A DNA stretch of 64,000 nt from Octopus vulgaris (GCA_951406725.2 OX597825.1:15252001-15316000), one strand, 5' to 3'; shown: positions 13,062 to 27,920, numbered from the stretch's first letter. The notes: generated by a model from the sequence alone, not told the origin. Program-made: numbers and translations.

Positions 13062-15201
13062 GTATGCATATATTTTATCTTTATGAGGAAAAGGTTGACA
13101 ACGTCTTTAAAATGTCAATATACATAAACATACATACACAGAAACACACGCGCAAACGCACACGCCCGCATGCGCACAAACATATGTATATATTTATGTA
13201 TACGTCAGTACATAGATTGCGACAAACATGCATATTTACATATATGTATTTACCTCATAATATAATATATATTCGTGTTATATTACATTCGTTTCAGCTC
13301 CATTGAATCATAGAAATAATATTTGCTTTAAACTTAATACAGCGACAGAAATGAATATTTTATTATATCAATAAATACTTTTGCAACCTGATTGGCATAT
13401 AAATAAATATTTCACTATGTTTTGTTTGAAATTTTATATCTGAAATTTCTGTGGTTTCTCGTAAGAAAATTAACTTCCTTAGAATTTATTGACAAAATCT
13501 TTGTCATCTCGGCAATGCCAATACAATTTTCATGTATGAATTCATATAGGAGATCAGGACAATAATTCAGAATTTTTTTCGTAAATTTGATTATTGAATG
13601 TGAAAATACTTATGACAATCCATCCTTGGCAGAGCAGAGAAAATGAACATCTTATATATTTAGATTATATACCTACAAAGGCATTGGACTTAAAACAGAC
13701 ATAGAGGAACAAGGTTAACTTACTTATTTCTAAGATTTCAGGACTTGTTAAGTAGAAACTGTCTATGACTAGATTAGCGCTTATAGACGAGACGAACAAG
13801 GAAAGTTTGTCTTATGCCGAAAGATACATAAGTAATTGAAAATAAAGTAATTTAAGAATTTTATAGAAACTATTTAGGATTCAGTATATATCCTAATGGC
13901 TCATTCTGTCACAAACACAAGAAAATAAATGTAGCTCAAAATTTGTGCGACAATAATTAAAAGAGAGAGAGACAACATTTGCATTTGTGTTACTAGATGT
14001 AATGATGGGTCAAAAACAATGTGACCCAGGTTTTTCAGAGAAGTTTCATATTATTCAATGCGTATTTCAATCAAATTCTATATGTTAAATGTATATTTTA
14101 GTTAGTAAATTATTAAAAGCAATGACGATAAAATGTAGTTCACTACGATGAGTGGTATTACTTGAGACAGTGTTATCAAATCTAACTTGTCTTCAGCCTT
14201 CAAGAAAAATATATTTTATTCTTTGTTGTCCTATTTACTTTGTTCCAAAATACAGTATTCAGTATGTTGATAATAAATCCGTGTTTGTAGAAATGTGTAG
14301 TGTAGGCGACGTAAAATATTCTATGTATGCAAAGTCTCGTGGACTAGAGCTTGCTGCATTGCAGTTATAACACGACGCTGACATGTTTGCATAAAATTAT
14401 GCACAACAGACACAATTCGCATAATATACACAGCAATCCTAAAAAATATCTTGTGCATTTATGATTATCAAAAAAGAGTAAAAAGAGTCTATCATACCAT
14501 GTAGTTTGAATTTATCTGTCTCGTATCGACATAACATTTTGATCGCCCACGAATACATACATCTGTATGCTCAGTCGGGCGTGGGTGTAGAATGACAGCG
14601 CTATAATCTTACCACACATCCTATCGAACACTTGCTTAACAATAAACATAGAGTAATGAAATGTTATTCAAATTTACCCTCGCCTAAACATACGCATATC
14701 CACACAAAAAAGTTTTAAGTTATTCTCACAGAATGCAATATTTTAGTTAATACTAATTTGTTATATATTTATAGGATTTATTTCATAAAAGATAAAGTCA
14801 TTTTTTTTTCTTCTCAGAATTCAAAACCATTTTATCTTACTATCCAATTTCTCTATTTCTCTTTTTAATTTATATCTTTCTGATCTATTTTATAATATTG
14901 AATACAACAGAACTTTTCTATACTTCATAATATCCTCTCCGCATTGGCATGAATTCCAGGAGTCTTGTTCAATTACACTTTCTCTGATAGAAAAATCAAA
15001 TATATCTATCAATCATTGAATTTAGGTTGTTGCCGTTGTTATTGTTATTGTTGTTGTTGCTGTTGCTGTTGTGTTTCTTGTTTATGTTGCGAGCTTTATT
15101 ATATCAATATCCCGATGTATGTCTTTGAATATGTATGAACTAGAAAAATGCAAGCGCCTGAAAAAAGACAACTTATCTATCACTTTATCTATTTCTCACT
15201 G

Positions 15202-15235
<34 letters not shown>

Positions 15236-15383
15236 GTTATATATATATATATATATACGTACATATACATATTACACAGAGATATATACGTATGAGTCTA
15301 TTCGTATAAATATACAGATTTTTATGCATACATATATATGATATATATGAATGTATATACATAATATATATATATATATATAG

Positions 15384-15414
<31 letters not shown>

Positions 15415-15478
15415 GATATAGATATATATTCATACATGTACATACATATATATATATCTATACTTATACATATACATG

Positions 15479-15542
<64 letters not shown>

Positions 15543-15631
15543 TGTATAATATTATACGTATATATATATACATACACATATCATTGTGCATAGTATTATT
15601 AATTATTAGTATTTGCTTATTGGATCTGTTG

Positions 15632-15699
<68 letters not shown>

Positions 15700-16193
15700 G
15701 ATATCGTTATATTATTATTGTTGTGGTTGGTGGTGGTGGTTTTGTTGTTGTTCTTGCTGTCGTTATTATTTTCATTATTTAGCGTGAAGCAAATATTTGA
15801 AAAGTCAGATTTATATTTTTGTGATAGTAGAACTCATAAAAGTGCATTATTTACCAACTCCTATATATATATGCAACCAATACATGCACTAATATGCCAT
15901 CCTATTGTGTTCCTTCGTTCTTTGTGGGTGTCTTAAGCGATTATTATAAGTTTCTCAGTCTATAGAATAAAACTTTTTTTTATGCTATATTTCACTATGT
16001 CAAAGACGTATGGTGGGAGTATCCAAGAGTGAAGTACTGAAGTAGTAAATATTGGACAATAGTTTAACAGTTTACATTTGTCGTGGATTTATGCCACTGT
16101 TTAGTGGCATACATTTACGTATCAGGTCTAAGGAATAAAGGGCCGTGCTCTAAGAACAATACATTTCTAGCTTGTTGTTAAAAACCTTACTAA

Positions 16194-16582
16194 TACTCTT
16201 TTACTCTTTTACTCTTTTACTTGTTTCAGTCATTTGACTGCGACCATGATGTAGCACCGCCTTTAGTCGAGCAAATCGACCCCAGGACTTATTCTTTGTA
16301 AGCGTAGTAGTTATTCTATCGGTCTCTTTTGCTGAACCGCTAAGTTACGGGTACGTAAACACACAACCAAGCAATGGTGGCGGGACAAACACACACACAC
16401 ACAAACATATACACACATACGACGGGCTTCTTTCAGTTTCCGTCTACCAAATCCATTCACAAGGCTTTGGTCGGCCCGAGGCTACAGTAAAAGACACTTG
16501 CCCAAGGTGCCACGCAGTGGGGATGAACCGGGAACCATGTGGTTGGTAAGCAAGCTGCTTACCACACAGCCACTCTTGCGCC
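16194..16582 (-). mobile_element. Full-length family B tRNA-derived SINE (CORE-like ACCTTGGGCAAGT domain, internal microsatellite, AAAAGAGT-repeat tail)
   Basis: Reverse complement aligns end to end with 42484-42904. Confidence 0.92.
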
Positions 16583-16822
16583 TATAGTCTATAAATGGCC
16601 AAAAGTGTCCATACAAATTGGATTTGGGAGATGGGAGCATTTGCGGTCCGTTCGAGGTTGAGTGTTTATGCCTCAAATTGAAAGACTGATGGTTGAAATT
16701 TCTGTGTGCTTGACCACTGTATGCAAGATGCAAACAGCAAAATTGGCGAGATACGTTAGAAAAATAAATGTAATGTGTGCCGTTGAATGTTTTAATTTGT
16801 CTTTTTTCTTAAAATTTAAATA

Positions 16823-17180
16823 CTGTGTGGGTGCTACCAACCACATGGTTCCGGGTTCACTCCCACTGCGTGGCACCTTGGGCACGTGTCTCTTACTATA
16901 GCGTTGGGGCGACCAAAGCCTTCTGAGTTGATTTGGGAGACGGAAACTGAAAGAAGCCCGATGTATATATTTATATGTATATATGTGTGTGAGAGTTTGT
17001 GTGACTGTGTTTGTTCCCCTCCAACATCCTTTGACAACCCGTAATATAGCCGTTCGGCAAAAAGTGACCGATAAAATAAGTAGTAGGCTTACAAAGAATT
17101 AGTCCTCGGGTCGATTTCTTCGACTAAAGGCGGTGCTCCAGCATGGCCGTAGTCAAATGACTGAAACAAGTAAAAGAGTA
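16823..17180 (+). mobile_element. Family B SINE, inverted relative to the 16194 copy
   Basis: CCAACCACATGGTTCCGGGTTCA...GGCACCTTGGGCA...CAAATGACTGAAACAAGTAAAAGAGTA. Confidence 0.9.
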
Positions 17181-17349
17181 AATATTTTAATTCTTCGTTC
17201 ACATGTATCATGTTGTGCCACATTTTTATAGTATAAATATTATGTATTCCTGTGGTAATACATATTTTGTACTAGCTTACAAGCCATTCTATCGAGCTGC
17301 TTTTAAGCTAGCTCCTGTGGAGGGGTTTCTATTGGGCCTTGAGCCCAAT

Positions 17350-17764
17350 AATGACACTTCTGCATTGGGTACATATGCGCATCTCTGAACACGAGCAGAG
17401 AAGTAGTGGGGGAGCATCATAACCATGTGTCGAGAGCAATTCTTTGGAGTTTGAATAATTAACCTCTGGAGGCATGGTTGTTTTCTTCATCATCCTTAAA
17501 GGAAACCTTATTCAGGGACCTGTTGAGTAGGGGAGGCTACTCGAGCTGAAGAAAATTCTAAATGGGCCCCACCTGCAGGTTAATGCGCTGTTTATCTTGA
17601 TATGAGATTATCAAGTCACGTACATATGATTGCGATGCACGTGCCCGGTGTACCCTTAACAGGGGGGTAGTCAGAATGGAAATATCGGCCTTCATATATT
17701 TCAACAGCAGTGTCACCTTGTTAGCATGCGCTGCTCTCTCACTCAACAACAACAACAATAACAA
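17350..17764 (+). mobile_element. Probable non-LTR retroelement 3' end finishing in (AAC/AAT)n
   Basis: GC-richer block ending CTCTCTCACTC-AACAACAACAACAATAAC; family not verified. Confidence 0.4.
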
Positions 17765-18374
17765 ACCTAATTTCGCCACTTCCGTTTCATACAGCTAAAA
17801 GAAATGTTACGTTTGGCGTTTTTGACATTCTGTATTAAAAACACTCCAAGAAACAATTATTCCGTTGTTTAATTGGCCACAGTTAAATATCATACGAAAG
17901 TCACAAGTTAAAGATACTCAAAAAATTTTCGACTGCTTTTTTATGGTTAGTTTCTTCATTCAAGGATCGTTGAATACCACCATATAATAGTCAATAAATT
18001 GTAAAGAAAAGAAACTTTTCGATGATTCACGTAACGTAATGTTATCACTGATTAAGATTACTGTATAAATATATCTTGCGATTAATAGCCATAACCGAAT
18101 TGTACATTCTTTGATTTGGTGTTTCCTGCAGACATACCTTTTTCACAATATTCTTTATAATTTGTATAAATGTCATATTCCATTCTTGTAAAGGAACATA
18201 AATTCACTTGTGTTCATGGTTTTATCTTTAGCCAGAGGAAACCATCTGACATAAACTGTAACACATTTTCTGACGTATACACAGCCACCTATATCGGCTG
18301 AAAAATTACATCCTCACGCACAACACTTATCCACACGTCCATACGCATGTATATACATTCCATATGCATTATAA

Positions 18375-18441
<67 letters not shown>

Positions 18442-18522
18442 CATATACATGTACATATACATATATATATAAATATATATATATATGTGCGTGTATATAT
18501 ATATATATGAATATATAGATGT

Positions 18523-18567
<45 letters not shown>

Positions 18568-18683
18568 TATATGTATGTATATGTGTATACAGTTATATAT
18601 TTATATATACGTATATGTATTTTACTATGAAATGAAACGCACACACACACATACATATATGTGCATGTACCTGTCTATGTATA

Positions 18684-18714
<31 letters not shown>

Positions 18715-19229
18715 ATGTATATATGTATGTATGTATGTGGTGATCATATTTTCATAAAAACTGAAAAATGATTTATGAAAAGAAATAACAAAGAATAAAA
18801 TCAAAAAGCTAAAGAACTAAAAAAATCCAAGATACACAGAAAAAGTAAAAAAAAAACAGAAAAGAAAATCACTATAATTATGAGATAAAATTATTTTGCA
18901 TAAGAAAATATATTAATCGATTCGATATTGATACATTTTTGCGAAATTTATTTCTTTTTCTCTCTCTGACTGAATGGTTCCTCAACCGTAAAGATTGCCT
19001 GATTTATTCCTCATTTTTCGGCTTTCTTTGAAATATATGTCGAGTTACGCTATGGTCCAACTTTAATGTCTCTATCTCAATCGATATTTCATACAATATA
19101 TTGCCTATTAAGATCATGGGGCTATCACTAAAAGATTTGTGAGATTATTTCCTTGGATAGCTGCACTGCGATCATCGTCATACATCATCATCATCATCAT
19201 CATCCTCATCATCATCATTTTACCATCAC

Positions 19230-19260
<31 letters not shown>

Positions 19261-19700
19261 GCTTTTGAAGTCCATTTTCTATACTAGGGCTGGTGGATAG
19301 TTTGTGCTTCATATATGATATATAAACTGATCTATATATACGTCTGTGTGTGCATCCATCTCTGTGTGTGTGTATGCATGTGTGTGTGTATGTATGTGTG
19401 TGTGCGTGTATAATTTGTTTGTGTGTATATGTTTCTAAAACAGACAGATTAGAGCGTCAGTGTTTTAATATAAATCTCTATTTGATATGTTTTTTTTTTG
19501 CTTTTCTCTCACTGTATCGCATTCTTTATAATGCAGTTTTTTATTCATTTTTTAATGGATCCAATATGTGTATGCATTGTGGGAAATGCCCTTAGTTATT
19601 CACTGAAGGACCAAGAGTTGTGAGAGGGAAGGCCGAAACTAGCTTTGAACAAGATACGTGTAGTACCCAAGCACGAGGTGGTAATATCAAATTAATTGTA

Positions 19701-19900
19701 AGGCATCGAGGTGGCAGAGACGTTAGCACGCCGGGAGAAATGATTAGCAGTAGTTCGTCCATATTTACGTTCTGAGTTCAAATGCCACGGGGGTCGACCT
19801 TGCATTTCATCCTTTCAGGGCCGATAAAATAAATTCCAGTTGAGAACTGGGATTGGTTTAATTGTCTTAGCCTCTCACTCGAAATTACTTGGTTTGAAAC
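19701..19900 (+). mobile_element. Family A SINE
   Basis: GGCAGAGACGTTAGCACGCCGGG...GAGTTCAAATG...TTTCATCCTTTC. Confidence 0.8.
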
Positions 19901-21300
19901 TAATATTATACTAATGGTAATGATGCTACGTCTATCTGTCTAGAGACGAGTTCTTAAGAATCAACTTCAATTCTCAGAAATGCAAAGCATTCTTACTGTT
20001 CTGTTTCTCTGTAAATTGCGTCAGTTCCCAGCACAGAATTCTGAACCTCTTGTGAATAACATTCAATATCATCTTGATGCTTTTACCTCCTATATTATAA
20101 ATATTAATTCATTCTTACCGATCGACCAATAAGAGGATTACTCTCTTGTGACACCAAGTAGTGAGTGCTCCACAAGCATGAGAAAATTTACGCGATTGCC
20201 CACAAATCTAAATCACAACTTCATGTTTATTTACGATATATAGTATAACATAGTTTTATATACTCAGAAAATGGCCGGTGGTTAACTTGGATTATTGCTG
20301 TTCATATGTCCACTGAAAAAGAATTAATTCCGTACAAAGCAACACCAATAACTAATTTCTTAAAACAATAGATAAAATTCTTGATAGCAAATCAATAAAC
20401 CGTTCCAAGAGGTACGGAATCCAAATATCCTGTTGTCCAAGTAACCCGTCACCATTATTACGAAGACTGAAATTTTATTCCCGTACTAGTATTTGGAGAA
20501 TTAGTACGCTTAAATACATATGTATACACAAGTTGGTATAGAGAACAAGAACTTCTGAGATAACAAATCACTTCATTGGTGAATTCATACAAATGACCAT
20601 CGCCTGTACTTTCCTAAATAGTCGAATATATGACAATAATTGACTTTTTTCACCGCACCACATAAATTTGTCTATATTCCTAAGTCAAGTATCCACGCAG
20701 AAAAATAGCCTCATTCACTTATAACACATAGTGTATTTACTTTATGTAATCAAATATTAGCATACGTTAGATTTTGTATAATCATTGAATCTTATTTTTC
20801 ACCTGCTTCCTGGCAAAATGCTGTCTGAAGAGACCAGTATTATTAGATATGCATTGAAGAATACATTTATACTTGAGAATATTGTTGACATATTAGAAAC
20901 AGTCTGGCGGATGTGTGTGTCTGTGCGTGTGCGTGTGTGCGTTTGTGGGGTTGTAGAGAGTGAGATAAAGATTATTTTCAATTCATAAGTTGGTCAGCTA
21001 TAGAATGATGGAAATAATAATGACAAACAGACAGACATAATTGGTACTTACCATCATTGATACACATGTTTTAAACTCGTTTAAATTTATTTGTTCGTGT
21101 TTCTAATTCAGGGAATAGGATTCGGTTGGAGAATTTACCTTAAGTTCTGGAAGCATTTTCTATCAGCCATCAACCAGAATTCAATAAGAAGAAGTGTTGA
21201 AATAAGAAATTACCTTTTAACACATACCTCTCAGTTACTTTCATCCTTATACACGTGTGATATGAGGGGCTGAGCGAGTGTGATATTAGGTTATCAACAA

Positions 21301-22048
21301 TGCGGCGAGCTGGCAGATTCGTTAGTGCGCAGGGCGAAATACTTAGCGGTATTTCGTCTGCCGCTACGTTCTGAGTTCAGATTCCGCCGAGGTCGCCTTT
21401 GCCTTTCATCCTTTCGGGGTCGATTAAATAAGAACCAGTTACGCACTGGAGTCGATGTAATCGAATTCATCAGTTTGTGTGCCCTTGTTTGTCCTCTCTG
21501 TATGTAGCCCCTTATAGGCAATAAAGAAATAAGAAATGCTAGCACGCCGGTATTTCGACTGACGTTACGATCTGTGTGTAAATTCCGCCGAGGTCGACAT
21601 TGCCTTTCATCCTTTCGGAGTCGATTAAAAAAGTACCAGTTACGCACTGGGGCAGATGTAATCGATTGGTCCCCTACCAAAAATGTCAGGCCTTGTGCCT
21701 ATCGTAGAAAAGGATATAAGGTTATCAACAAGGCGGAGAGCTGGCTGAAACGTTTGCACGCCGGGCGAAATGCGTAGCCGTATTTCGTCTGCCGCTACGT
21801 TCTGAATTCACATTCCGCCGAGGTCGACTTAGCCTTTCATCCTTTCGGGGTCGATTAAATAAGTACCAGTTACGCACTAGAGTCGATATCATCGACTTAA
21901 TACGTTTGTCTGTCCTTGTTTGTCCTCTCTGTGTTTAACTCCTTGTGGGTAGTAAAGAAATAGAAATAGGTATTTCGTCTGTCTTTACGTTTTGAGTTCA
22001 AATTCCGCCGAGGTTGACTTTGCCTTTTATCCTTTTGAGGTCGATAAA
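21301..22048 (+). mobile_element. Cluster of family A SINEs (four body units, two heads)
   Basis: TTCCGCCGAGGT(C/T)G...GCCTTT(C/T)ATCCTTT occurs four times; heads at 21301 and 21732. Confidence 0.92.
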
Positions 22049-22159
22049 CACACGCACACACACACATATATAAACACACAAATTCACACACACACATATA
22101 AACACACAAATTCACATACACACACACAAACACACACAAAAACACACATAAGCATATAT

Positions 22160-22310
22160 ATCTGACAGGCTTCCAAGAGTTTGTTTTGAACCAAATTCAT
22201 TCATAAGGCATCAGTTGTCTCAAGACTATAGAGGGAGATATTTTACTTAAATGCCGCACAGTCAAATTGAACCCAAACTCACGTAGTTGCAAAACGAGAT
22301 TCTTCAGCAC
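22160..22310 (-). mobile_element. Degenerate family B SINE fragment
   Basis: GACAGGCTTC...ACCAAATTCATTCATAAGGC...ATTGAACCC resembles 16420-16570. Confidence 0.5.
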
Positions 22311-22929
22311 CACCAGGGCCTTTTGGTAACACTTTTAACCCTTTTAAAATATAAAGGCTTCGTTTTAATTTTGCAACACTCTTCCGTAATGTAAGTACAA
22401 TTTCAAACAGGAAGGATGTATGGCTTTTCGAATTCTGTTAGGAAGATACATATTTAAACACTTGACAACATTACAGCAAATAAATTAAATAAGTAAATTA
22501 ATTTTACAGTTTCACTGTTAAGTTTGACTGAAAGCCGATATTAGAAATAACAGAAAATTAAAAATTAGAAATGTTGATTTATATGCCACGGTAAGTTTGA
22601 TTTATTAACTCACAAATCATAAATGACAAACATTTATTTATATTACTTCGAAAACATATAACACTTTTAAAAATACATGCTTATATGTATGTACATATAC
22701 GTGCGTATTTTTAGGGGCATATATAATGGCTGGATAGATAGACAGATAGAGCAGACAGCTGGACTGACAGGCAGATAAATAGAGAGACGCATACACATAG
22801 GTAAATACGTACATACATACATCTCTCCCTCTCTTTCTCCTGATGTATATATATATATATATACATACATATATTTGTTCCACGTCCTCGCGTTGTTGTG
22901 TTTTCTCTTTGTGTTTTCATGTTTGGATT

Positions 22930-22979
<50 letters not shown>

Positions 22980-23552
22980 ACATATGTATATCTGTACGTT
23001 TTTTAAAGAGATGTATGTATGTATCTATATTTACAGAGAAAGAGGAGGAGCTAGAGAGATAATAAATCGATAGATAGATAGATCGATAGATAGATAGATA
23101 AATAGATAGATAGATAGATATATAGACAGATAGATAGATAGATACATACATACATATATACATACATACAAACATACATACATACATACATGCATACATA
23201 CATATAAACATACATACATACATAAATACATACATACATAAATAGATACAGGAAAAATCTGTTTGGAGTGATAGGGAATTTAGATATCTAAAAAAAAATC
23301 ACTTGAAATTATTTCTACATATTAAAATTTTCAAAAATGAAAATGAAACTCAGTAAACATCGATTTTTTTTTCCGCGGCAAGGCTCATATACGTCACAGA
23401 ATAATACCTGCAGGGAATTAAAGTATGAAATATTGCCAAGAATGAATCACGAGCAAATGTAGTGACCTATTTTTCGTCCAATGATAATAATAATAATAAT
23501 AATGATAATAATAATAATGATAATAATAATAATAATGATAATAATAATAATA

Positions 23553-23609
<57 letters not shown>

Positions 23610-23610
23610 G

Positions 23611-24438
<828 letters not shown>

Positions 24439-24440
24439 GC

Positions 24441-25438
24441 TAGGTAGGTTGGCAAGTAGCTAGATAGATAGGTAGATAGATAGGCTGGTTAGAAGGTAGA
24501 TAAGTAGGTAAATACGTAGGTAGGTAGGTAGGTAGGTATAAAGGTAGACAGGTGGATAGGTAGGTAGGTAGGTAGGTAGGTAGGTAGGTAGGTAGGTAGG
24601 TTGGTAAGTAGCTAGATAGATACATAGATAGATAGGCTGGTTGATAGATAAGTAGGTAGGTAGGTACGTATATAGGTAGGTTGGTTGGTAGGTAGGTATG
24701 TAGGTAGGTAGGAATGGATGTAGGTAGGTAGGTCGACAAGCAAGCTGATAGGGAGGAAGGGAAGGATGTATGTATCTAGGTATGTATGTATGTAGGTAGG
24801 TAGGTAGGTAGATAAGTAGGTAGTAAGGAAGGTAGGTAGGGAGGGAGGTAGGTAGGTAGGGAGTGAGGCAAGTAGGTAGAAAGGTAGGTAGGTAGGTAGG
24901 TCGGTAGAAAGGTAGGTAGGTATGTAGGTGGGTAGATAGGTAAGTAGGTAGAAAGGTAGGTAAGTAGGTAAGTTGGTATGTATGCAGGTAGGTAGTACGG
25001 TAGGTAGGTAGGTAGGTAGATAAGTAGGTAGAAAGGTAGGTAGGTAGGTAGGTAGGTAGTAGGTAGGTAGTAAGGTAGGTAGGTAGGTAAGTAGGTAGGT
25101 AGGTAGGTAGGTAGATAAGTAGGTAGAAAGGTAGGTAGGTAGGTAGGTAGGTAGTAGGTAGGTAGTAAGGTAGGTAGGTAGGTAAGTAGGTAGGTAGGTA
25201 GGTAGGTAGTTAGGTAGGTAGGTAGGTAGGTAGGTAGGTAGGTAGGTAGGTAGCTAGGTAGGTAGGTAGGTAGGCAGTTAGGAGGTAGGTAGCTAGGTAG
25301 GTAGGTAGGTAGGTAGGTAGGAGGTAGGTAGGTAGGTAGGTAGAAAGGTAGGTAAGTAGGTAAGTAGGTATGTATTAGGTAGGTAGGTAGGTAGGTACGT
25401 ACGTACGTACGTATACGTACGTACGTACGTAGGTAGGT
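24441..25438. repeat. About 1 kb degenerate (TAGG)n satellite
   Basis: Direct reading. Confidence 0.95.
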
Positions 25439-26027
25439 GTCCGGCCTGAGAGTGAATATTTTCATAAGATATTCTACTTAATCGTTCAGCCCATTCTTGT
25501 TCTCCACCACTTTATTTTGCAAATATTGTAAAGAAACGAAATGTGTCTCTTAGATATCGATTTCTTTCGTAGAGTTACGAAGCCAATTACAGAACTGCGG
25601 ACGTGGGATTCCGCGACATTCTTCTACTACACAAAGTATATTCACGGTTTAATGCTGCCAATTATCTGGATATAGTTTGAACAAATATCTAAATGAGAGA
25701 AAAATATTGAAGAAAATTTAATGCATGGGTAAATATGCATTTGTATTTAAGAGAAATTGTTGTTTCATTTCAAATAAATTCTAATTAAACGAATAATGAG
25801 AAAATCATATTTAGCTAATAACATATCTAGAGTTCTTGCAATGGTTATCGTAATTATTGGATATGTTCAACACTATTAGGCTTACTCTTTTTGGTTTTCA
25901 CATTTTACACATTTTTTAATAGGCTTGGTTTCTGTCTTCAGATATATATTTGTGTATAATATATACGAGGTTGAAGTACGGTGAGCTGCCGGACTCGTTA
26001 GCATGCCGGTTGAAATGCTTAGCGCCG

Positions 26028-26196
26028 TTAACCACTACGCCATATGCCCGTGGGCAGTTATGGAGTGAATTTTGGGGCTTATAAATCTAATATTCCCCTG
26101 TCCTTCCTTAATACCGGTTCCTACAAACAAGATGAAGACAAGTGTCCGTCAAATGTAAATAATGTACATAATCCCTCATCTCTTACATATAGAACT
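26028..26196 (-). mobile_element. 5' end of the tRNA-head/hammerhead element: inverted terminus, TATA box and start of tRNA head
   Basis: 26123-26196 is the reverse complement of 36235-36326; 26031-26049 reads GGGCATATGGCGTAGTGGT on the minus strand, matching the head at 36723. Confidence 0.8.
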
Positions 26197-26223
26197 TGAA
26201 AAGATTATATGTACGCAGCTGAA

Positions 26224-26595
26224 GGGCGGCGAGCTGGCAGAAACGTTAGCACGCCGGGCGAAATGCCTAGCCGTATTTCGTCTGCCGTTACGTTGTGAGT
26301 TCAAATTCCGCAGAGGTCGACTTTGCCTTTCATCATTTCGGGGTCGATAAATTAAGTACCAGTTACGCACTGGAGTCGATGTAATCGACTTAATCCTTTT
26401 GTATGTCCTTGATTGTCCACTCTATGTTTAGTCCCTTGTGGGTAGTAAAGAAATAAGTATTTCGCCTGCCGGTACGTTCTAAGTTCAAATTCCGCCGAGT
26501 TAAGCACTGGAGTCGATGTAATCGACTTAAACCACTTCTCTGTCCTTGTTTGTCCCCTCTATGTTCAGTCTCCTGTGGGCAATAAAGAAATAAAT
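26224..26595 (+). mobile_element. Family A SINE with partial second unit
   Basis: Head GGCGGCGAGCTGGCAG; second unit restarts at GTATTTCG (about 26457). Confidence 0.9.
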
Positions 26596-26599
26596 ATGT

Positions 26600-26816
26600 A
26601 GGACGCTCTGCTGAAAAGTTTCTGGTTTTAAGGGTGTTGCGATACGCCTGGTTGGAGTCCCAAAGTTCCCAATCCTTTTATAGGGCTTAGAAAAACTGAA
26701 GGTTTGCTGCAATAAGTGTGTGAATCTGAAAGGGGAATATTTTGAATAAAATCATAATTAACCGATCCTCCTGTATTTTCTTTAACTCACAGCCAGTATC
26801 TTTCCAGCACACCCTA
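26600..26816 (+). mobile_element. Mariner-derived MITE (degenerate)
   Basis: TGCTGAAAAGTTTCTGG and CCAGTATCTTTCCAGCA ends; GLEKLKVCCNKCVNLKGEYFE* transposase C-terminus. Confidence 0.75.
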
Positions 26817-27121
26817 CTTTATCTTATATCGTTGCTATTAGTCCAAAAACGTTGTCTTTTCAGGAAACAAATAAATAGTTTCCCCATTTCATAGCAAAAC
26901 CGTTGTATTACACTTTGACAATTTTTGATATTTTGGCATCTGAAGCAGCTGGAGACACGATGGTTTGACCAAAAGAACCGGCTATTGCAAGCTAAAATAA
27001 ATATTGAAAAAAAACCACGCACGCGACCAAATTTAGACATACGACAGTTTATCATAATAGCAACGATATTTCTGCGCGTGTGTGTACCATGTATGTATGT
27101 ATGGATGGATGGATGGATGTA

Positions 27122-27310
27122 TACAGGGGGTGCTGAAAAGTTCCTGGCTTTAGAGGAATCGCGGAAGGCTTGGTCGGAGGCCCAACCTTCTGAGTCTTTT
27201 TACAGTGCTTAGAATCTGAGAGGAGAATATGTTTAATCAAATAAATATTAAGAGATCCGACTGTATTTTCTTATTACACAAAGCCAGGAACTTTTTGGCA
27301 CCCCCTCGTG
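27122..27310 (+). mobile_element. Mariner-derived MITE
   Basis: TIRs GGGGGTGCTGAAAAGTTCCTGGCTTT and AAAGCCAGGAACTTTTTGGCACCCCC. Confidence 0.85.
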
Positions 27311-27889
27311 TATGTATTTGTGTATATCTTTGTATATTAAGTGTTTTACGTATGTGCGTATGTATGTGTGTTTCGTCTGAGTAATTTTTCCTTCTCTTTC
27401 CTTTTCTCCGTCCCACATTTTTCTTTACATTTACTGCTTTATGTAGTTGCATGCCATGTGTGTATATATGTGTGCGCTTTTTGTATGCGTAAGAATATGC
27501 ATAAGTGTGTAAATATATGTGTGTGAATGTGTGCACATAAATGTGTGAATCAATATGTATTTATGTGTATATCTACATGCGTGTGTACGTGTGCGTGTTT
27601 CTATATATGTGTAGTTGTGTAACTCCCCTTCTCTTCAACATCACTCGAGCAGTAACTAAGACCATATTAAAAAGAACTCTGATACCAAAACCAAAAAAAT
27701 ATAAAAAGGTGTTAGAAAATTACTTTTTAAGTAAGAAACTCAATCCCAAATCAGAGAGCCGTCTTATATTGTAAAACATAAAAATCAAAATGCCGCTCAC
27801 TGGAAGAAAATAAGTCACGATATGATATGATAACATCTAATTATTAAATGGAAAAAAAATGCTAGAAAAATCGTTGCTATTCACTTTTT

Positions 27890-27920
<31 letters not shown>

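Noticed and set aside
21301-22048. CRISPR-like array
   Set aside because: Long SINE units without unique spacers, eukaryotic context, no cas genes
24441-25438. Interstitial telomere
   Set aside because: The unit is TAGG, not TTAGGG or TTAGG
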